Assembly (NCBI GenBank): GCA_044373575.1
Contig: JBILPY010000001.1
Location: forward strand, 1-55,029
Origin: Prosthecobacter sp.
Lineage (GTDB): Bacteria; Verrucomicrobiota; Verrucomicrobiia; Verrucomicrobiales; Verrucomicrobiaceae
DNA length: 55,029 nt
Reading direction: 5' to 3'
Positions 48,042 to 55,029 of the stretch are shown here, piece after piece. Each line of letters begins with the position of its first letter. Positions within the stretch are counted from its first letter, which is position 1. The notes under the pieces are model-generated. The model had not been told where the DNA came from. It saw only the letters and a program-made list of their open reading frames with translations, and made no database searches. The position numbers and the translations under genes are program-made.

Positions 48042-50237
48042 TCAGTGATTAAACAAAAACTCCTTCGATCCCATCAAGCTCCAGAAGATGTCTTCGAGCG
48101 TGGTGCGGCGGTCGTCGGGTTTGGCGGTGGCGAGGAGTTCGATGGCTTTCGTTTTTTCGCGCTCGGTGGGTTCGCGAGTCAGCGTCACAAGGTAGGCTTC
48201 TTCGATGATCTTGGCGTCGGGCTGCTTGCTGGCGAGGAGGGCATCGAGACGGTTGTCTTTTTGGGAGAGCTTGAGGTTCAGGGTCTCGCCATTCGCGATG
48301 TGGAGGGCCTGGGCCATGCTGGGTTCGTTGGTGCGCTCGCATTCGCAGGTGGCGACGCGGTCGGCGCGGCCGAAGCTCTTGAGGAAGTAGCTGGCGATGT
48401 TGCTGTCGGGCAGTTGCAGGGCGCGGAAGCCCATGGGGTAGCTTTCGCTGGTGCCTTTGTTGGCGTTGCGTTTGTCGATCTTGAACGTCGTGGGCGCGGC
48501 GGTGACTTGCGAGATGGTGTCGAGCAGGATTTCGGCCTTGAGACGACGCGGGACGTAGTGCGAGCCGTAGCGGAGGTCGGTGATGTTTTCGGGCAGAGTG
48601 ATGCTGCTGCGCTGGTAGGTTTCGCTTTGCAAAATGGTGCGCATGAGGGCCTTCAAATCGAATTTGTGCTGCACGAGATGCGTGCACGCGGTGGCAAAGA
48701 GTTCTTCGTTGCTGGCGGCGTTGGTGACGCGGAGGTCATCGACGGCTTCGACGAGGCCGGCACCGAAGAAGTTGGCCCACACGCGATTCACGATGGCGCG
48801 TTGGAAGAGTTTGTTGTCGGTACCAGTGAGCCAATTGGCGAGCACGATGCGGCGGTCCTCGGTGGAGGTCATCGAGATGGGCGTGGTGACATCGAGCGGA
48901 CGCGGTGGCGGTGGTTTGCCGGTGAGCGGCGCGACGAGGTCGCCCTGCGTGTCGGAGAACAGCACGCGCTCATCGGCCTGCGTGCCGTTCTTGGTGCGGA
49001 CGCGGGCGAACAGATTGGCGAAGCCGTAATACTGCTCGTTGGTCCACTTCTCCATCGGGTGGTTGTGGCACTTCGCGCAGCCGATGGAAGTGCCGAGGAA
49101 GGCGATGCTGACGGTTTCCGCGCACTTGGTGGGCTCGTCGTTGAGGACGAAGAAATTCACGCCGCCATGCTCGAGCGTGCTGCCGGTGGCGGTGAGGAGA
49201 TCGCGCACCATGGCGTCCCACGGCGTGTTCGCGGCGACGTGACGGCGGATCCAGTTGTAATACGACCACATCGCCTCGGGCATGAGTTTGTCGCCATTGA
49301 CGAGCAGCAGATCGCTCCAGCGATGCGACCAGTAATCGACGAACTCAGGCCGCTGCAGCAGCGAGTCGATGAGGCGGTCACGTTTGTCGGCGGTCTTGTC
49401 CACGAGGAAGGCGCGGGTTTCATCGAGAGTGGGCAAAACGCCGATGGTGTCGAGAAACGCACGGCGCAGGAACTCGTGATCCTCGGCGCGGACGGATGGC
49501 GGGATGTTCAACTCGCGCAGTTTTTTCAGCGTGAGTTCGTCGATAAAGTTGCGCGGCTTCAGCGCGGCGAACGCTGCAGGATCGACGTTGCTGGCGTTTG
49601 GAATCGTGATGGTGGCGAGCGCGAGGCGGCTCAGATACCACGCGCTAACGCTGCCTTCGCCGCTGCCGGTGGTTTTGATGAGGCCGTTGTCATCGACCGT
49701 GGCCACGCTGGCATTGGTGGCGTTGTACTTGGTCCAGCGCGTGACGTCCTCGCTGTGGCCGTCGCTGAACTTCGCGGTGACCTTGAGCTGCACCGTTTTG
49801 CCCGCCTGAGTGACCAGATGCGGATGCGAGACCTCCAGCGAAACAATGCGCGGATCATCCGCCTTCGGCCCCGGCGCACCGGCGGCGATCCAGTCGGAGA
49901 TGGCTTTGTACTCTGGCGAGTTCACCTCGAAGCGCTTGTCGCCCTTGTGCGGCACCAACTTGGTCGATTTGAGCAGGAACAAGCTGCGCGCCGGATCTTC
50001 CATCGTGAGCCTGCGGCCATTCGCGCTGCGCGTGATCGAGATCCAGTCACCCTCGTCATCGAAGCCACGCAAGGAAAGGCGGAAGCCGCCCTGACCTGCG
50101 GCAGCTCCATGACACGCACCCATCGCACAACCGTAACGCGTGAGGATCGGCTGGATGGTGTTGCGGAAGGACGGGACTTTGGCGGCGTGAAGCGTCGAAG
50201 TGAGAAGGGCAAGCAAGATGAGATGACGAGACATCAT
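48042..50237 (-). CDS. DUF1549/DUF1553 (PSD) protein with Ig-like domain
   Basis: GCAMGACHG, NFIDE, EFLRRAFLD.IG.LPT, CAKCHNHP, VNRVW.FFG.GLV, CECER. Confidence 0.92.
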   Translation of the reverse strand: MMSRHLILLALLTSTLHAAKVPSFRNTIQPILTRYGCAMGACHGAAAGQGGFRLSLRGFDDEGDWISITRSANGRRLTMEDPARSLFLLKSTKLVPHKGDKRFEVNSPEYKAISDWIAAGAPGPKADDPRIVSLEVSHPHLVTQAGKTVQLKVTAKFSDGHSEDVTRWTKYNATNASVATVDDNGLIKTTGSGEGSVSAWYLSRLALATITIPNASNVDPAAFAALKPRNFIDELTLKKLRELNIPPSVRAEDHEFLRRAFLDTIGVLPTLDETRAFLVDKTADKRDRLIDSLLQRPEFVDYWSHRWSDLLLVNGDKLMPEAMWSYYNWIRRHVAANTPWDAMVRDLLTATGSTLEHGGVNFFVLNDEPTKCAETVSIAFLGTSIGCAKCHNHPMEKWTNEQYYGFANLFARVRTKNGTQADERVLFSDTQGDLVAPLTGKPPPPRPLDVTTPISMTSTEDRRIVLANWLTGTDNKLFQRAIVNRVWANFFGAGLVEAVDDLRVTNAASNEELFATACTHLVQHKFDLKALMRTILQSETYQRSSITLPENITDLRYGSHYVPRRLKAEILLDTISQVTAAPTTFKIDKRNANKGTSESYPMGFRALQLPDSNIASYFLKSFGRADRVATCECERTNEPSMAQALHIANGETLNLKLSQKDNRLDALLASKQPDAKIIEEAYLVTLTREPTEREKTKAIELLATAKPDDRRTTLEDIFWSLMGSKEFLFNH

Positions 50238-50286
50238 GAATCAGACGCGATGGGGTTTAGCGGGTGAGGGCACCCGCGCTCCGGGT

Positions 50287-51666
50287 TTACGCAAACAGCT
50301 CTTTGATCGCCTGCGTGCCGAAATCGACGACAGGATACGGCCTTCCCTGCGGACCGGGGAGTTCGGTGTGGAGATCGACGCCGAGGGCTTGGTAGATGGT
50401 GGCGACGATTTCTTTGGGCGCGACAGGGCGCTCGGTGGGGTAGCCGCCGATGTCGTCGGATTTGCCGATGACCTCTCCGCCTTTGACGCCGCCGCCGGCG
50501 AAGTTCACGGTCCAGCAGTTCGGCCAGTGGTCACGACCGCCGGCAGGATTGATCTTGGGCGTGCGGCCGAATTCGGCGAGGCAGGTGACCATGGTGTCAT
50601 CGAGCATGCCGCGCTGGAAAAGATCCTCGATGAGGGCGCTGTAGCCCTGATCGTACATCGGGGCGACGATGTCGCGCATGCCTTCGATGCTGGTGAAGGG
50701 CTTGGAACCGTGGATGTCCCAAGTGATTTCTCCAAAGACCGTGATGAAGGTATTTACGGTGACGAAACGCACACCGCGCTCGACGAGACGACGCGCGAGC
50801 AGGCAGCTCTGGCCGAAGCGGTTCAAACCGTAGCGCTCGCGCACTTTGAGCGGCTCCTTCGTCAGATCGAAGGCCTCGCGTGCCTCGGTGGAGGTCATGA
50901 TGCGGTAGGCGGATTCGAAATTGCTGTCCATGAGCTTCGCCTGCTCGCTGTATTCGAAATTCCGCACGCTGCTATCCACCAACTCGCGCATTTCGCGGCG
51001 GCGCTCCATCCGCACCTCGCTGATTTCCTTCGGCGGCAGCAGATCGGGCACCTTGAAGTCCTTTTCGGACGGATTCGCGTTCAGGACGAAAGGATCATAC
51101 GCCTTGCCGAGGAAGCCCGCGTCTTGGCCGTGCGGCATGTTGCCGCCGGTGGGGCCCATCGTTTCCGGCAGGATGATATGCGCGGGCAGATCGCTGCGGC
51201 GGCCTTGGAGGAATTCGAGAGCGCTACCGACATGCGGCGTGTTCACGCCACCGGTGAAAAGGCGGCCCGTCTGCATCATCTGATGCCCCGTGTCGTGCAC
51301 CGCGGCGGCCGTGTGATAGCAGGAACGCACGAGGCTGAACTTGTCTGCGATCTTCGCGTGCAACGGCAGGATCTCGGAGATCTCGAAGGCATTGCTCTTC
51401 GTGCGGATGGGCTTGAAGGGGCCGCGAATCTCGCTCGGCGCGTCCGGCTTCATGTCCCACAGATCCTGCTGGCTCGGCGCACCGAGGTTGAAGATCATGA
51501 TGCATGCCTTGTTGCTCTTCTTGGGGTCCACCTTGCCCTCCGCCTTCAATTTGGCGAAACCGGGCATCGTGAGGCCGATAGCGCTCAAAGCGCCTGCGGA
51601 GAGGAAATCACGGCGTGTCACACCATCGCAGGTGGTGACAGCGGCTTTGTCAGTGAAGGTGAACAT
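50287..51666 (-). CDS. DUF1501 domain protein with Tat-like signal
   Basis: TRRDFL, GAPSQQDLWDMKP, CLLARRLVERGVRFV, WDIH, EFGRTP, GRDHW; start at ATG 51666. Confidence 0.93.
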   Translation of the reverse strand: MFTFTDKAAVTTCDGVTRRDFLSAGALSAIGLTMPGFAKLKAEGKVDPKKSNKACIMIFNLGAPSQQDLWDMKPDAPSEIRGPFKPIRTKSNAFEISEILPLHAKIADKFSLVRSCYHTAAAVHDTGHQMMQTGRLFTGGVNTPHVGSALEFLQGRRSDLPAHIILPETMGPTGGNMPHGQDAGFLGKAYDPFVLNANPSEKDFKVPDLLPPKEISEVRMERRREMRELVDSSVRNFEYSEQAKLMDSNFESAYRIMTSTEAREAFDLTKEPLKVRERYGLNRFGQSCLLARRLVERGVRFVTVNTFITVFGEITWDIHGSKPFTSIEGMRDIVAPMYDQGYSALIEDLFQRGMLDDTMVTCLAEFGRTPKINPAGGRDHWPNCWTVNFAGGGVKGGEVIGKSDDIGGYPTERPVAPKEIVATIYQALGVDLHTELPGPQGRPYPVVDFGTQAIKELFA

Positions 51667-51874
51667 GGTCGTGGAAGGCTTGTTGGTTGACGGCGCAAAA
51701 CGAAACAACGCGCAAAAGATTACGTCCTGAACATACGCAGCATTGCCCAGCATATGAATGGACGATCCAGCTTTTGGAAATGTGCCTTCCGAACCTTGTA
51801 AGAAGGGGCGGATTTATTCGAGTCTGGAATATCCAGCCTTCTGGCATGAGCTGCGGATCAACACGGAGGAGAAC

Positions 51875-52699
51875 TCACTTCTTGCCTTCGTCCATGAAAT
51901 CGAGCGCCTTCTCCAGCCACTCCTTGGCGGGTGCACCGTGGCCCTGGCCTGGAATATCAAAGAGTTTCACATGCTTAAACTCATTCGCCTTGAAGCCCTG
52001 TTCATAGATGGCGGTCGTGTTGTCACGATTGAAATCTTTGTCCCCGGTGACCAAAACGATTCGTGACTCGTTCTGCGCATGGGTGGCGATCTCGGGATGC
52101 GGAATGTAGCGTGCTTCGTAAGTGGTGCCGTCCTTGCCCTGGGTTGGGAAAAAGAAGTTCGCCCCCATGAAGCAGACCGCCCCGCTAAACATGTCCGCAT
52201 AGGCGACCGCGAGCATGGAAGCCACACGCGAGCCACCCGAGTGACCGCTGACATACACGCGCGCCGGATCGATCGTGTAGAGCTGCCGCATCTGGTCATT
52301 CGCCGTGATGGCGAGCTGCATCCTGCCAAAGACCTCCCGGCTGTTCCCTGCGCCCTGTGCGCCGATGAAAATGAGTTTTCGATCTGCCAGCACCTTTTCC
52401 CAGTCGGCAGGCAGGGCGCACTTGTCGTTCGGGCTGATCCAGATGAAGAGGCCGTGCGGCACCTCCTTTTTGTAGGACCTCGGCACGATCACTTCATAAC
52501 GTTCCCGGCTCAGATCCAGCGCCGCAGGTGTCTCCGCAGAGCGGAGGCGCATCTTCAACTGATCGGCCCCAGCCATCGGCGTGCCTTCCTTGAAGGTCAT
52601 GGGGCTGCGCTGGCCTTCCTTGATTTTACCGCCTGATTCAGGCTGGGCGGCGGCAAAGATGGGAAGGCAGGCAAAAAGGAAGAACAGGCTGAGGCGCAT
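51875..52699 (-). CDS. Exported alpha/beta hydrolase (esterase/PHB-depolymerase-like)
   Basis: Signal peptide, IDPARVYVSGHSGG, TGDKD, PGQGH. Confidence 0.8.
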   Translation of the reverse strand: MRLSLFFLFACLPIFAAAQPESGGKIKEGQRSPMTFKEGTPMAGADQLKMRLRSAETPAALDLSRERYEVIVPRSYKKEVPHGLFIWISPNDKCALPADWEKVLADRKLIFIGAQGAGNSREVFGRMQLAITANDQMRQLYTIDPARVYVSGHSGGSRVASMLAVAYADMFSGAVCFMGANFFFPTQGKDGTTYEARYIPHPEIATHAQNESRIVLVTGDKDFNRDNTTAIYEQGFKANEFKHVKLFDIPGQGHGAPAKEWLEKALDFMDEGKK

Positions 52700-52833
52700 G
52701 GGACGATCATCGAAGCGGATTTCCTGGCGCGTGTCGATGATGAAAATGGAGAGCTGAAAAGAACTGCGATCGTCATGGACAAAGCCTGTTTTCACACTGG
52801 CAACAGCCTGAGTTCCGTGCTCCGCATCGCATC

Positions 52834-53226
52834 ATGAACGACCGTGAGCAGCAATCAGGTCTCGAGACAGACGATGACCCATTCGCAGAAAGGGGCAAAT
52901 TTCACTGGTCATGGCATGGAGCCCTTGTCGTCACGCTCGGAATTCTGGCGATCAGTCTGATCATGAAAACAGATCTGCCGCGCGTGACATCGCCTCCTGT
53001 TCAGATGGAGGAAAGAATCGACCATCGTATCGATCTGAACTCGGCGACCCTGACCGAGCTGGAGACTCTTCCCAACATCGGCCCCGTGAAGGCGCAGCGC
53101 ATCATGGACGCACGTCCATTCGATTCTGTGAATGATCTGCTGCGAGTTCCGGGCATGGGGCCGAAGACATTGGAAGCCCTGCTTCCGTTTATCCGAGTGA
53201 GCGCTGAAGGATCAAAGTCAGATTGA
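52834..53226 (+). CDS. ComEA-family helix-hairpin-helix DNA-binding protein
   Basis: N-terminal TM; IDLNSAT..EL..LP.IGP.KA.RI, F.SV.DL.RV.G.G.KT. Confidence 0.85.
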   Translation: MNDREQQSGLETDDDPFAERGKFHWSWHGALVVTLGILAISLIMKTDLPRVTSPPVQMEERIDHRIDLNSATLTELETLPNIGPVKAQRIMDARPFDSVNDLLRVPGMGPKTLEALLPFIRVSAEGSKSD

Positions 53227-53300
53227 TTAAACTTGTCACCGCGTCGGCAAACCGGCTCACTACGGAAGCTCCGGCAACCATTCCACAAAAGGCATTCCCA

Positions 53301-55029
53301 ATGATCAATCCGAGCACCGTCATCTTCGCCATTCAGGCAGGCATCAAAGTGGTGACCAAGGTCCGCCAGATCGCCATCGACAAGACGAGTGAAAAGTCAC
53401 TGGTCACGCCTGCGGGGCTGCTGGTGGGAGATGAGCTGGAGTCGGCGGCGAGTCATTATTTTGATCAGCACCCCGAGCTGGCACCGGCGAATGAAACCGA
53501 GCAAGTGAATGCCTATCAGGCCATCATGCAGATCGAATCGGGTGCGACTCAAAACGTGCGCGAGATGATGAAGCAGCTCGGCCCGATCAGTCAGGTGAAG
53601 GCGGGCACTGGATCACGCCCGGCCTTGCAGCGCTTGCTCGGCATGGTGGCGGAGATCGCGGTGGATTACTTCACGCTGCACCCGGACAAGCTGGGCAAGA
53701 ATCAAGGTTCGCGGCAAGTGCTGGCGGCTTTCATCAGCAGGCTGGATGAGGTGGAGTTTTCAGAAGCCATGCCTCGTGACCTCATCGAGCAGGTCATGCA
53801 TGCCTCGCTGAGCACTCTAGGGGATCAGGTGACGCTTATCGATGATGATCGCCGCGTGCAAGTGCTGATCGGCGGTGTCACGCAGGCTCTGCTCGGCGAC
53901 TACGATCAGCTCACCAAAGCCTCCGATCAGATGAAGCGTGGCCAATTGATCAAGCGCATTTCCTCCAGCGTCATGCGCGGTGGTGCGGCTGCCTTCACAG
54001 GCAATGTGGACCTCTTCATGCCGGGCGATGCCGGGGCCACGTTCGTGGTGAAGTCCACGCTCTCCGGCATCGTGAAAGGCATTGAGGGGAAAGAGGATCT
54101 CTTCACCAACGAATCCCTCGAACTCATTTACCAAAACGCCCTCGTGGCTGTGGCCGAGAACAGCACCGTCTTTACCGATGACGCCCTGCTTTCCTCCATG
54201 ATCAAAAACACTGTGGCCGCACTTACAAGCAAGCAGGCGCAGAGCGTCTTCGGTCAGGAAACCGTCTCCGCCATCGTGCAGGCGGCGCTCGTCACCGTCA
54301 CGGAAAACATCGAGACACTGGTGGATGCGGACTCGCCCGAGAAGCAAGTGCTCGCCGATGCCGTCACCGCACTGGCGAACGGTCTCGGGCAAAAGCTTGC
54401 GGGCAAAGCATCCGCCCGCGAGCTGCTCTCGAAGAAGCAGTTAGTTGGGCTCACGAGCCTCGTCTTTGCAGAAGTGGCGCGGCATCCTGAGCAACTGCTG
54501 CATCGCGTCGGCGACGATGAACTCAAGACCGTGCTCGCCCAGATCGTCGGCTCCACGGCGAAGGCGCTCGGCGATGATCCGAAGCGTCTCGTGAATGGAG
54601 CGAGCTACATAACGCTCGTGCAGGCAGCTTTGAAAACAGGCCTGCTGAATGCGGACAAGCTGCTCGATCTCGACACGACGAAGGTCAGTACAAACCTCTT
54701 GTATCAAGTCATCAAGGAAGCGGCCGACGCCGTGAGCCAGCACCCTGATCCGCGCCGCCTCGCGAGCCGTGAAGTCTTCGTCACCACCGTCACCAGCATC
54801 CTCCCCATCGTCTCCGCGAACCTCGATCCCCTGCTCGGCAAGAGAGTGAAGGAGCCCGTGAAAGCCACCGTCCGCATCATCCTGGATCAGGCCTCCAGCG
54901 GAGCGTTGAAAAACTTCGTCAATGGAGCCAATCTCGCCCCACTCATCGAGCAGATGCTGCTCAAGGTACTACGTGAGGAACTCGCCACGAGCGACGCTAC
55001 CGCCGTCATCGCCACTGCCAAGCTCATCA
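53301..55029 (+). CDS. Large, predicted all-helical hypothetical protein; runs off the window
   Basis: Hand translation from ATG 53301: MINPSTVIFAIQAGIKVVTKVRQIAID... stays open for over 570 codons to the edge; not in the ORF track. Confidence 0.75.
   Translation, partial: MINPSTVIFAIQAGIKVVTKVRQIAIDKTSEKSLVTPAGLLVGDELESAASHYFDQHPELAPANETEQVNAYQAIMQIESGATQNVREMMKQLGPISQVKAGTGSRPALQRLLGMVAEIAVDYFTLHPDKLGKNQGSRQVLAAFISRLDEVEFSEAMPRDLIEQVMHASLSTLGDQVTLIDDDRRVQVLIGGVTQALLGDYDQLTKASDQMKRGQLIKRISSSVMRGGAAAFTGNVDLFMPGDAGATFVVKSTLSGIVKGIEGKEDLFTNESLELIYQNALVAVAENSTVFTDDALLSSMIKNTVAALTSKQAQSVFGQETVSAIVQAALVTVTENIETLVDADSPEKQVLADAVTALANGLGQKLAGKASARELLSKKQLVGLTSLVFAEVARHPEQLLHRVGDDELKTVLAQIVGSTAKALGDDPKRLVNGASYITLVQAALKTGLLNADKLLDLDTTKVSTNLLYQVIKEAADAVSQHPDPRRLASREVFVTTVTSILPIVSANLDPLLGKRVKEPVKATVRIILDQASSGALKNFVNGANLAPLIEQMLLKVLREELATSDATAVIATAKLI

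Noticed and set aside
2550-51690. Many long antisense ORFs (e.g. 2550-4097, 16244-17785, 41954-43744, 48045-50267, 50236-51690)
   Set aside because: They shadow well-supported genes on the opposite strand, carry no recognisable motifs, and are expected from GC-rich codon bias

Overview
GC-rich bacterial chromosome segment. The gene content (DUF1501, DUF1549/DUF1553, planctomycete-type cytochrome c/WD40, many sulfatases, homodimeric GlyRS) points to the PVC superphylum, most likely Verrucomicrobia; this is inference. From left to right: (i) a CusRS-like two-component system with a repeat box upstream of the next gene; (ii) Gfo/Idh/MocA oxidoreductases, two ceramidase-like paralogues and a gene pair (small protein plus nucleotidyltransferase) in which both genes carry a nonsense codon; (iii) a ~17 kb minus-strand cluster of exported proteins (metallophosphoesterase, GH50-like hydrolase, three sulfatases, a YHYH-EF-hand-YbhB protein, a giant YHYH-DUF1566-sulfatase fusion, a sulfatase pseudogene) next to a CpxRA-like system; (iv) dtd and a 2190-aa protein with ten alternating GEVED modules; (v) a 5.3 kb seven-gene island bounded by a 16-bp direct repeat just upstream of glyS; (vi) the PVC DUF1501/PSD/WD40 module, an esterase, a ComEA-like gene and a truncated helical hypothetical protein. 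The two strongest unexplained signals are a 49-bp element with identical internal spacing upstream of four genes of cluster (iii), suggesting a local regulon, and the repeat-bounded island carrying two proteins with uracil-DNA-glycosylase-like motifs plus a HAD phosphatase. No rRNA, tRNA, CRISPR array, transposase or integrase was recognised. All family calls come from motif recognition by eye, not from database searches.
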